Positions 1-7,358 of a stretch of DNA of 18,950 nt are shown here, in pieces. Position 1 is the first letter of the stretch. Every line of letters begins with the position of its first letter. The stretch lies in the NCBI GenBank assembly GCA_038740245.1, contig JAVYLZ010000010.1, forward strand, positions 1-18,950, given 5' to 3'. Origin of the DNA: Candidatus Micrarchaeia archaeon. Lineage in GTDB: Archaea > Micrarchaeota > Micrarchaeia > CAILAH01. Both the position numbers and the translations under genes were made by a program. The notes under the pieces were generated by a model, which saw nothing but the letters and a program-made list of their open reading frames with translations, was not told the DNA's origin and did not search any database.

Positions 1-259
1 CCCGTAGCGCGTACTCGCCGCACAATTTGTCAGCGCATTTCTTGACGTGGGCGACAGCGCCAGTGCCGAGCACCGCGGCTATGCGTGCGGCCGAGACCGG
101 CTGCGGGCTCATAAACAGGACGGCCTCCACACGCCTCTTCAGCTGCTCTTCATCACACTGGTGCTTCTCAGTGGTCGCCGTCCCGCCTTTCAGGCACTCC
201 TGCTGTGCAGTAGACACATCCTGCTGCCGGCCCCCAGAAACAGCATTATCTCCACTCAT
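1..259 (-). CDS. scpB: SMC-Scp complex subunit ScpB, N-terminal part (runs off the window's left edge)
   Basis: Not in the ORF track. Manual translation from ATG at 259: MSGDNAVSGGRQQDVSTAQQECLKGGTATTEKHQCDEEQLKRRVEAVLFMSPQPVSAARIAAVLGTGAVAHVKKCADKLCGEYALR. 'KRRVEAVLFMSPQPVS' matches the ScpB N-terminal motif (EA.LF...P). AT-rich TTTAAATT about 25 nt upstream. Confidence 0.85.
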   Translation of the reverse strand, partial: MSGDNAVSGGRQQDVSTAQQECLKGGTATTEKHQCDEEQLKRRVEAVLFMSPQPVSAARIAAVLGTGAVAHVKKCADKLCGEYALR

Positions 260-293
260 AAGAAGGAATAGCGCCTGAAATAATTTAAAGCAA

Positions 294-767
294 CTACCGC
301 TTCAGCTCATCCTCGGCGTAGAGGTATTTCAGGCTATTGAGCTCATAATTGAACAGCTCCTCGGGCCTGAAGAACCTTGCAATCTCCTTGTTTGCGGTAT
401 CAAGCGAATCCGAAGCATGTATGACGTTGCAGCTCGTTGACATCGCAAAATCCCCGCGTATGGTGCCCGGCGCTGCCTTGTTGGCGTCCGTGACGCCGCA
501 CATGAGGCGCACAACCTCAACGGCATTCCTGCCCTCAAGCACCCCGAGGATGACAGGCGAGCTGCTCATAAAAGCCACAAGGGACGGGAAGAACGGCTTG
601 TCCTTAAGGTGCGCATAATGGTCCGTGAGCACATCCTTGCTGAGCCAAGCCATCTTAAGCCCCACAATCTTGAGCCCCTTCTCCTCAAAGCGCGAGAGTA
701 TCTTGCCCGAGAGCCCGCGGTTGACCGCATCGGGCTTCACTATTATGAGCGTCCTCTCAATGGCCAT
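294..767 (-). CDS. ndk: Nucleoside diphosphate kinase
   Basis: MAIERTLIIVKPDAV...PGTIRGDF...NVIHASDS (catalytic His motif). Start moved to ATG 767 because the longer ORF overlaps rpl24e. Confidence 0.97.
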   Translation of the reverse strand: MAIERTLIIVKPDAVNRGLSGKILSRFEEKGLKIVGLKMAWLSKDVLTDHYAHLKDKPFFPSLVAFMSSSPVILGVLEGRNAVEVVRLMCGVTDANKAAPGTIRGDFAMSTSCNVIHASDSLDTANKEIARFFRPEELFNYELNSLKYLYAEDELKR

Positions 768-778
768 ATGAGCACACC

Positions 779-949
779 CTACTTCTTGGCCTTCGGCCGT
801 GTCCACTTGAGCTTGCGCGGCTTCCGCTTGAGCACGAGCGCGTTCACACGGCACTTGCGCGAGCAGAAGGGAAGCACCTTGCCGTCCCTGCGTATGTAAA
901 GCATCCCCGTGCTTTTCTCCATCTCACTGTTGCAGAATGAGCATTTCAC
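779..949 (-). CDS. rpl24e: 50S ribosomal protein L24e
   Basis: Not in the ORF track. Manual translation MKCSFCNSEMEKSTGMLYIRRDGKVLPFCSRKCRVNALVLKRKPRKLKWTRPKAKK: CxxC...FCSxKC zinc site and PRKLKWT. GTG start 6 nt after GGGGTG (alternative GTG at 958). Expected position between rps28e and ndk. Confidence 0.95.
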   Translation of the reverse strand: MKCSFCNSEMEKSTGMLYIRRDGKVLPFCSRKCRVNALVLKRKPRKLKWTRPKAKK

Positions 950-963
950 TTCAGGCACCCCTT

Positions 964-1170
964 TTACCTAGCCTTGATTTCCTTGGCTTCCCTCTCGGAC
1001 TCAAGCAGCACCAGTATGTCCCCCTTGCGCACAGGGCCCTTCACATTCCTGCGGATGACCCTGTTCTGGTCCTTGCCTTCAAGGATTTTGCACATTACCT
1101 GGTAAATCTCACCGTAAACGCCGGTCCTGCCGATGACCTCAACGACCTCTGCGTGTACGCTTTCCCCCAT
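964..1170 (-). CDS. rps28e: 30S ribosomal protein S28e
   Basis: [11 protein letters not shown]...[22 protein letters not shown] signature. Confidence 0.97.
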   Translation of the reverse strand: MGESVHAEVVEVIGRTGVYGEIYQVMCKILEGKDQNRVIRRNVKGPVRKGDILVLLESEREAKEIKAR

Positions 1171-1180
1171 CTAAAACACC

Positions 1181-1552
1181 TTACTCCTGCTTGGGCTTGG
1201 GCAGTGCAGCGATTATCTCCTTAAGCAGCTCACCGCCGTTGCCCGCATCCTCCACCGCGATTGCCGCGCTCTGGACATCCATGCCGGAGTACTTGCCGAG
1301 CTCCTTCTTGTCAGGCACGTACACGAATGGCACCCCCTTCTCCTTGCATATCTCGGGCAGGTGCATCACAATCTCTTCCGGCTCAACATTCTCGGCAATC
1401 ACAACTATCTTTGCGTTGCCCCTCTCAATGGACTTGGTGGCCTCGTTTGTGCCGCGCCTCACCTTGCCGGTGGTGCTGGCCACCTGTATGAGCTCATATG
1501 CCTTGCCCGCAAGCTCGGGCGATACCTGGAACTTCACAAAAGATTTTGCCAT
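1181..1552 (-). CDS. rpl7ae: 50S ribosomal protein L7Ae
   Basis: GKVRRGTNEATKSIERG...IAENVEPEEIVMHLP...KELG. SD GAGGTGA upstream. First gene of the conserved rpl7ae-rps28e-rpl24e-ndk cluster. Confidence 0.97.
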   Translation of the reverse strand: MAKSFVKFQVSPELAGKAYELIQVASTTGKVRRGTNEATKSIERGNAKIVVIAENVEPEEIVMHLPEICKEKGVPFVYVPDKKELGKYSGMDVQSAAIAVEDAGNGGELLKEIIAALPKPKQE

Positions 1553-1590
1553 CCATATTCACCTCAGATATTTCATCGGTTTGGGAATGG
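1553..1590 (-). promoter_or_regulatory. K-turn/K-loop in the rpl7ae 5' UTR overlapping the Shine-Dalgarno site (probable L7Ae autoregulatory element)
   Basis: Minus strand 1580->1561 reads ACC-GAU-GA-A-AUAUC-U-GA-GGU: ACC/GGU stem, 3-nt loop ending in U, tandem G.A/A.G pairs. The 3' strand is the SD GAGGUGA. Confidence 0.75.
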
Positions 1591-1646
1591 TTAAGCTATA
1601 AATCATTATAAATGTTTGGGGGCGGTATGCACGCCGTGCCGCAGGC

Positions 1647-2807
1647 CTAGTGTGCGTGCTTATGGCCGTTTCCCAGCAGGTCCTCATCGCTCACGGGCAT
1701 AAACCACTTTTGCGCTATCACCGTGGGTATGATCGCGCTGGCAATCACCACCCCCACCAGGACCGAGAACTGCGTCTGGTCAATGTAGCCCATCTTGTAG
1801 CCGAACACGCTGGATATTGTGCCGAACGTGAGTCCCGTGCTCATGAGTAATGTGGTATACACTTCACCCTTAGGTATGTACTTCTTCGCAAGGAAGTAAA
1901 CCCCTATGAATTTTGTGACCTGCTTGATCGCAAACAGCGCCACGAACAGGCCGAATGCGGAGAGCACAAGCTCAACTGACACATTCATCCCGCCCAGTAT
2001 GAAGAAAAACGGCGTGATGAGCGCATATGCAACAGTCCTCAGGCGGTTGCGCACCACGCGTGTCTCCGAGCTCTCCGTGAAATGCTTGGACATCATAAGG
2101 CCGAGCAGGAACGCCGGAAGGACTGCGTGGCTGTCACCTAGCGCGGCAAAGTACATAAGCACAAGCAGCAGCAGGAACAGGTACTTGATCTCCGGCTCAA
2201 TCACCTTGTTCTTGAGGCGCGGGTTGTGGAATACGTGGTGCGAAAATTTTACTGCTATCCAGATCACCGCAGTTGACATTACCACAAACACTGCAGTATA
2301 GATTGAGGGCTTAAGGAAGAGTATGCTCAGCGCGAGCGCCGTGCCCATATCCGTGACGAACGTTGATGCCATTATTATCTTGCCAAGGCGGCTGTTTGTA
2401 AGCCCCGTCTCAACCAGCACTGAATACACAACCGCAAGCGAGGTTGTTGAAAGTGCTGCGCCAGCGATGAGTGCGGCGTTTAGCGACCACCCGCACAGGT
2501 AATATGTGTATGCGAATGCCCCCACAAATGGCACTAGGAAGGACGCACCGCCGATAAGCATGCTTTCCTTGAATTTCTCACGCATCAGCTTTACGTCCAC
2601 TTCTGCGCCCGCCAGGAAGGTGAGCACTATGCCTCCGAAGCCGGCGAGGTATTCCATCCACGGCTCCGACTGGAACCCTAAATAGTTGCCCGCTATAATG
2701 CCGAGGAGTATCTCAACTATTGCAACGGACAGGCCGAGCCTGAGCGAAATTATGCTTGCGAGAAATACCAATGCTCCCGCAGCTAAAGGTACTACGTCTG
2801 CCATCAT
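1647..2807 (-). CDS. Cation:proton antiporter (CPA2/Kef-type membrane domain, Na+/H+ exchanger family)
   Basis: 386 aa, highly hydrophobic with about 12-13 TM segments. Motifs LTFLAGAEVD, ALSTTSLAVV, STFVTDMG, PFFFILGG typical of CPA2. Confidence 0.9.
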   Translation of the reverse strand: MMADVVPLAAGALVFLASIISLRLGLSVAIVEILLGIIAGNYLGFQSEPWMEYLAGFGGIVLTFLAGAEVDVKLMREKFKESMLIGGASFLVPFVGAFAYTYYLCGWSLNAALIAGAALSTTSLAVVYSVLVETGLTNSRLGKIIMASTFVTDMGTALALSILFLKPSIYTAVFVVMSTAVIWIAVKFSHHVFHNPRLKNKVIEPEIKYLFLLLLVLMYFAALGDSHAVLPAFLLGLMMSKHFTESSETRVVRNRLRTVAYALITPFFFILGGMNVSVELVLSAFGLFVALFAIKQVTKFIGVYFLAKKYIPKGEVYTTLLMSTGLTFGTISSVFGYKMGYIDQTQFSVLVGVVIASAIIPTVIAQKWFMPVSDEDLLGNGHKHAH

Positions 2808-2825
2808 TTTTGTCCCACTCCCTAT

Positions 2826-2886
2826 AATAAGAAGCCATCAGCCGTTTTAGGCGGTTCAGCTTTCGCTTGGTGAGCCCCATCACCGT
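2826..2886 (-). ncRNA. Fluoride riboswitch (crcB motif)
   Basis: Minus strand GGUGAUGGGGCUCACC-AAGCGAAAGCUG-AACCGCC-UAAAAC-GGCUGAUGGCUUCUU: P1 GGUG/CACC, conserved GAUG, pseudoknot GGGGC/GCUUC, AACCGC linker, P2 GCC/GGC, GCUGAUG. About 20 nt upstream of the antiporter start. TATA-like TTTTATTA at 2908-2915. Confidence 0.9.
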
Positions 2887-2966
2887 GTGGGTATTCAGGC
2901 TCGCAAGTAATAAAAGCCAGAGGTCGTGTTTCTCCAAATATAAAGGTTACGCAAGATATGTAGTTT

Positions 2967-3698
2967 GTGGCAAAGGTAGCGCTAGTCATAACGAGGCAAA
3001 AAAAGCACCTCCGGCGGGTCCGCTACATACACCTGCGCCTAGGCAGGGATGCGTTCGCCTTCCCGCCGCTGGCCAAGAGCGAGCTTAAATCTCTCGGTAT
3101 ACCCGACCTGTGGGTGCTAGACTCGGATGTCCCGGATGACAAGCTTGAGCAGAAGAACCTGAAATTCCTTTCGCAAAAGCCCATTCATGTCACCGCGGGC
3201 GACAAGACATATTCAACATCGCTTTATGATGAGCTTCAGGTGCTTTCTGATTGGCTGAGGCACGGCGTGTGCCCGTTAGAGTATGAGGAGTTTATGCAGC
3301 GTGCGCTTGCGCTTAAGAGCGAGCTTGAGCCCGTTTCGCATTACCTGTTTGACACGCCGTCCAAGCAGGCCATATTTGAGTTCTTTGTTGCGCTGCGGGA
3401 CATCAAGCGCTCAGACGGGCCGTTCCCAGCCAAATCGCGCAACCTTACAGTGGTTGAGAAGGAGCGCTCACGCCAGTTCAAGGACGCCATAATGGAAATA
3501 CTGTGCAAGCCGCGTGAGCTTGAGGAGATAGTCGCGCTTACAAAAGTGAATGAGTCAAACGCGCGCAGGTGGCTTATGAAGCTTGAAAGCCAGGGCATAG
3601 TAACTAGGACAAGAAAGCGTACCGGCATCGGCCGCCCCAAAAACATTTACTATCTTTCGCAGCGCCTCAATACAAAGCAGGAAAGCGAGGGCCAATAG
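2967..3698 (+). CDS. Putative DNA-binding regulator with C-terminal winged helix-turn-helix
   Basis: C-terminus AIMEILCKPRELEEIVALTKVNESNARRWLMKLESQGIVTR...GRPKNIYYLS is a wHTH with the GRP..Y.L wing. N-terminal ~170 aa not recognised. AATATAAA about 23 nt upstream of the GTG. Confidence 0.75.
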   Translation: MAKVALVITRQKKHLRRVRYIHLRLGRDAFAFPPLAKSELKSLGIPDLWVLDSDVPDDKLEQKNLKFLSQKPIHVTAGDKTYSTSLYDELQVLSDWLRHGVCPLEYEEFMQRALALKSELEPVSHYLFDTPSKQAIFEFFVALRDIKRSDGPFPAKSRNLTVVEKERSRQFKDAIMEILCKPRELEEIVALTKVNESNARRWLMKLESQGIVTRTRKRTGIGRPKNIYYLSQRLNTKQESEGQ

Positions 3699-3818
3699 CG
3701 CCCCCAGCTGCTCTTGCAAAACAGGAATTTGCATCAGATGTTGCTCAGCCATAAACGCACAAGCCGCACTTTGCCATTGCACTGCGTGTGCAAAATGCCG
3801 AAAGCGCAGCACATCCCC

Positions 3819-4331
3819 CTAATCCTCGCGCGCCATCTTATTAAGGAGCGCCTTGGCCTTCCTGCGCAGCGCCGCGTTCACTTCGGCGGCCGCAATGCCC
3901 TCGCCGGGCATCCCGTAAAACACCACCCATCCCTCCGGGCACTCAATAATCGCAACAAGCGCGAGCAGGTCCTCTTCACCATCAATTAGTATGCGGGACG
4001 GCTTTGGCGCACTTATCGCCAGCTTCACTGCGAGGGCGGCCTCATCGGTAATGGTGGAGGGCGGGTTCTTCACTGAGTAGCAGATATTATATGCAGACTC
4101 AATTGTTTCAACCGTTTCCTTATCGGCGGCGCTGCGCATGGTCCTCCGGTCGTATACTGAAACGTGCGGCTGCAGGCCCGCAGCAATCATCTCTGAGGCG
4201 CACACGTCACCAACGCACAAAAACCCCTCTGCACTTTGCGCAAGCTCCACGGCATCATCTATCTCCATAACCCTGCCCAGAGCCCTGCGCATCTCATCCC
4301 TTAAGATTTCCGGAAGAACATATTTTCCCAT
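3819..4331 (-). CDS. GTP-dependent dephospho-CoA kinase (DUF359 family)
   Basis: CVGDV, D.RT.R, VKNPPSTIT, IDGEEDLLAL, VFYGMPGEG motifs. Confidence 0.9.
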   Translation of the reverse strand: MGKYVLPEILRDEMRRALGRVMEIDDAVELAQSAEGFLCVGDVCASEMIAAGLQPHVSVYDRRTMRSAADKETVETIESAYNICYSVKNPPSTITDEAALAVKLAISAPKPSRILIDGEEDLLALVAIIECPEGWVVFYGMPGEGIAAAEVNAALRRKAKALLNKMARED

Positions 4332-4395
4332 CACTGCTATTTGCGCACACTCGCTTTTAAGCGTTGGACTGCTAATTTTTGGCGTGTACCCGTTT

Positions 4396-5466
4396 ATGAA
4401 AGCCTCGGAAACGATTGAGTCAAAATTGCGCGAGCTGCTCGGCGATTCATTTCAGGATGAGCTTGACCGCGTGCTGTCCGACTATGCGGGGATGATAGAC
4501 CGCCGGGCAGCACTGTACATACTCGCGCTTGAGAAAGGTGCAGTCCAGCAGCCGCGCAAGGAGATATCAAAGTTTTCAGAGTTGTCAGATGAGATCTCAA
4601 GCGTCACGTTCACGGCGCAGGTTGCACGGCAGTTTGTCCCGCACGAGACGCGCACGCACAAAACATTGCGCATCCAGCTCTCAGATGGCGCCGGCGGCAC
4701 TGCAATGCTGGTGCTGTGGGATTCGCACGCTGACTCTGCGCTTGCCGTGCCTGTTGAACCTGGCGACACAATTTCAGTGCAGAATGCGTATTACAGGAAC
4801 AGTGAGCTGCACGCGGGCCAGTATTCATCGGTCCGCATTGAGAAGCGGAACAAGATTGTTGAGCTCTCGCGGGTTACAGACGGCCGCTGCAATGTAGCTG
4901 TCCGGCTAACTTCCCCGCTGGGTGTGCGCACATACGTGCGTGAGGGCAGCGAGCGGCAGATGGCTACCGGCTGGGTTGCGGACCATTCAGGGAAGGTGCG
5001 GCTGGTTGCATGGAACAATGCGGTCCAGGCGCTTGGCAATGCTGGGCCTGGCGATGTACTCCGGCTATGGGATGCACAGTTTAAGAACGGCGAGCTTCAC
5101 CTCAATGATTACACGCGGGTTGAGGTTAATCCTCCCGGTTGCACCGTCCTTTTGCGGCCAGAGGATATCCAGCCGGGCTTCCGCGGTGCATTTTCAGGTG
5201 TGCTGATTTCCGTGGGTGAGCAGGGCGGCATACCATACGCAGTGGTACGCGCACCGCCCCGTGACATAAAGGCCCAGCTTACTGCAGATTCGCTTGCAAA
5301 TATGATTGGCGGGCAGCTCAGCCCAGACATAAGCTTCCCAGTGGCGGCCTCGCTTGCACTGCGCCCGCGCATAGGCGCCACGCTGGTGCTGTCAGGGGAA
5401 ATGAACGAGAACGGGATTTTTGTGTGCAAGTCGCTGTCGCTTGGCAACGGGCAGCAGGGTAAATAG
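4396..5466 (+). CDS. Replication protein A / multi-OB-fold ssDNA-binding protein
   Basis: N-terminal 'YAGMIDRRAALYILALEKG' segment typical of euryarchaeal-type RPA. Repeated OB motifs LSDGAGGTAMLVLWD and VADHSGKVRLVAWN. Start reassigned to ATG 4396 because the longer ORF overlaps DUF359. Confidence 0.8.
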   Translation: MKASETIESKLRELLGDSFQDELDRVLSDYAGMIDRRAALYILALEKGAVQQPRKEISKFSELSDEISSVTFTAQVARQFVPHETRTHKTLRIQLSDGAGGTAMLVLWDSHADSALAVPVEPGDTISVQNAYYRNSELHAGQYSSVRIEKRNKIVELSRVTDGRCNVAVRLTSPLGVRTYVREGSERQMATGWVADHSGKVRLVAWNNAVQALGNAGPGDVLRLWDAQFKNGELHLNDYTRVEVNPPGCTVLLRPEDIQPGFRGAFSGVLISVGEQGGIPYAVVRAPPRDIKAQLTADSLANMIGGQLSPDISFPVAASLALRPRIGATLVLSGEMNENGIFVCKSLSLGNGQQGK

Positions 5467-5496
5467 ATATATATATGTTCCGCGATATATACCTTC

Positions 5497-6261
5497 GTGG
5501 AAGAGGAGATGGAGCTAGGGGCTGAAATAGACGTCTCCAGCCTTGACTTTGTAAAGCTTGTTGAGAACCCCACCTGGAAAGATGTGCTTATAGGGCTGGT
5601 GAATAAGGAGCAGCTTGACCCATGGAACATTGACATCGCGGAGATAACGCAGAAATACATTGCGGTAATCCGGGAGATGAAGCAGCTTGACTTGCACATA
5701 CCCGCGAATATGATTTTGGCCGCCTCGGTAATGCTCAGGATGAAGAGCGAGGCGCTTGTGTTCAAGCCGGATGTCCCTGAATTTATGGATGTGCCGCCCG
5801 AGCTTTCATTTGACACGGGGTTCACTGCAATTGAGACCGTGCCCGGCCTCATCCCCAACACGCTGGGCCGGATGCGCAGGGTGACGCTGAACGAGCTTAT
5901 GGAAGCGGTTGAGGAGGCGTTCAGGCAGGAGGGAAAGCGGCAGGCGCGCAGCGCATCGCGCACCGAATTGCCCCCTGAAGCACTTACAGCACTGCTTGAG
6001 GACATTGACAAGGTGGATGTTGAGAGCCTGATAGGCGATGTGTACGGCCGTGTGCTAAACTCAGCGGACCAGTATAACCTTGTGAGCTTCAGCGCCATAT
6101 GCGGGAGCACATCAAAGGACAAGGTGCTCTCGCTGCTTGCAGTGCTGTACCTCAACACCAGCGAGTATGTTGAGCTGCAGCAGGAAGAATTTTTCGGGGA
6201 AATACTGATTAAGGTAATGGACAGGGAGAAAAGCCTTGCCAAAATGACGGTATCACTATAA
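5497..6261 (+). CDS. scpA: Segregation and condensation protein A (kleisin)
   Basis: LDPWNIDIAEITQKYI, ANMILAASVMLRMKSEAL, RRVTLNELMEA, and C-terminal LLAVLYL...VELQQEEFFGEI. Alternative ATG at 5509. Confidence 0.92.
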   Translation: MEEEMELGAEIDVSSLDFVKLVENPTWKDVLIGLVNKEQLDPWNIDIAEITQKYIAVIREMKQLDLHIPANMILAASVMLRMKSEALVFKPDVPEFMDVPPELSFDTGFTAIETVPGLIPNTLGRMRRVTLNELMEAVEEAFRQEGKRQARSASRTELPPEALTALLEDIDKVDVESLIGDVYGRVLNSADQYNLVSFSAICGSTSKDKVLSLLAVLYLNTSEYVELQQEEFFGEILIKVMDREKSLAKMTVSL

Positions 6262-6266
6262 GTTGG

Positions 6267-6593
6267 CTAAATAAGGTCCCTGAGGAACTGCTTCAGCGGA
6301 TCCCTAATCCTTTCGCGGACGCTCCTGAACAACATCTTACCCTCAGGTGATGTTGCGTATACTTTCCTGGTGCGGCCGCTGACCACGCGCCGCGTGCATG
6401 TGATAAGGCCTTTCTTTTCAAGGCGTGCAAGCACCGCGTACAGCGTAGACGGCTTGCATGCGCCAAGGCCGAGCTGGGCCATTTCGTCAATAAGCTCATA
6501 TGCGTGCATGGGCTTGCGCATAAGCCGCCATATAAGGTAAAGCGCAATTACCCTGTCATCGTGCCCTGCCTTCGCATGGATGCTGCGCCGCAT
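6267..6593 (-). CDS. PadR-family transcriptional regulator
   Basis: KPMHAYELI...STLYAVLARLEKKGLI...RTRKVYATSPEG matches the PadR wHTH. Divergent from an efflux operon. Confidence 0.9.
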   Translation of the reverse strand: MRRSIHAKAGHDDRVIALYLIWRLMRKPMHAYELIDEMAQLGLGACKPSTLYAVLARLEKKGLITCTRRVVSGRTRKVYATSPEGKMLFRSVRERIRDPLKQFLRDLI

Positions 6594-6619
6594 GTGCAGA
6601 TATGCACGAGAAAGCTTAT

Positions 6620-6640
6620 ATATTCTACTTATTAGAATAT
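6620..6640. promoter_or_regulatory. Candidate PadR operator (8-5-8 inverted repeat) overlapping a TATA element
   Basis: ATATTCTA-cttat-TAGAATAT, a perfect inverted repeat overlapping TTATATAT (6616-6623) in the padR/adaptor intergenic region. Confidence 0.65.
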
Positions 6641-6668
6641 TCCAAAAAATAGATTATGGTGCGTGGCT

Positions 6669-7346
6669 ATGGGCAAAGGCGGTGGCGAAAAGAACTCGGA
6701 GAATAAGGAGAACGAAAAAAGCCCCATGCTTAAGGGCATTGCCTCAAACCCTAATCTTCCTGCTGTTATGCTGGTTACAGCACTTTTGCTGGTGGCCGGC
6801 ACTGCCGTATACCTGCAGGATATGCAGAGCAAGGTATACATTGAAAATGCACGGATATACGCACCCGTGGTGTCCATCTCACCAACCGTGCCCGGCACGC
6901 TTGAGAAAGTGTACGTAAGCGAGGGCGATGAGGTCAAGAAAGGGCAGAAGCTTGCACAGGTCGGCAGCCAGACGCTGAAGGCGTCAACTGATGGTGTTGT
7001 AATTGAAGTCCAGAACCTGCCGGGGCAGGTGTTCACCAGCGCAACACCAGTTGTAAAAATGATGAACCCCGCGGAAATGCGGCTGATCGCGGTTATAGAA
7101 GAAGACAAGGGCCTAAGGGATATTGCGCCCGGCCAGCACGTAGTGTTCAAGGCGGACGCGTTCAGCGACCGCGAGTATACCGGAACCGTTGAAAGCATAT
7201 CGCTCATCCCAAGCAAGCAGGACATAGTGTTCAGCATCTCCGACAAAAGGCAGATACAGAAATACGAGGTCCGCGTGCTGTTTGACAACTACGGCCACCC
7301 GGAGCTCAAGAACGGCATGTCCGCCAAGGCGTGGGTTTACAAGTAA
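6669..7346 (+). CDS. HlyD/EmrA-like membrane fusion (adaptor) protein
   Basis: One N-terminal TM; lipoyl-like halves ISPTVPGTLEKVYVSEGDEVKKGQKLA and LKASTDGVV; beta-barrel ending LKNGMSAKAWV. Alternative GTG at 6663. Confidence 0.88.
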   Translation: MGKGGGEKNSENKENEKSPMLKGIASNPNLPAVMLVTALLLVAGTAVYLQDMQSKVYIENARIYAPVVSISPTVPGTLEKVYVSEGDEVKKGQKLAQVGSQTLKASTDGVVIEVQNLPGQVFTSATPVVKMMNPAEMRLIAVIEEDKGLRDIAPGQHVVFKADAFSDREYTGTVESISLIPSKQDIVFSISDKRQIQKYEVRVLFDNYGHPELKNGMSAKAWVYK

Positions 7347-7358
7347 CGGCGTATCACT

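Noticed and set aside
27..278. Plus-strand ORFs 27-278 and 47-271
   Set aside because: Antisense to the recognisable scpB reading frame.
768..854. N-terminal extension of ndk in the ORF track
   Set aside because: Overlaps rpl24e in another frame; the Ndk family start is MAIERT at 767.
2713..2937. 74-aa minus-strand ORF as a leader peptide
   Set aside because: TTG start, overlaps the antiporter, and the region is explained by the fluoride riboswitch and promoter.
3699..3818. Small Cys-containing ORFs in the gap downstream of DUF359 (e.g. MCCAFGILHTQC...)
   Set aside because: No motif, no similarity to the rps24e/rps27ae genes often found here, and poor SD spacing.
4138..4395. Long N-terminal extension of the RPA ORF
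   Set aside because: Overlaps DUF359 on the opposite strand; ATG 4396 with an upstream TTTTAA fits better.
5109..6242. 377-aa minus-strand ORF
   Set aside because: Ser-rich antisense shadow of scpA and RPA.
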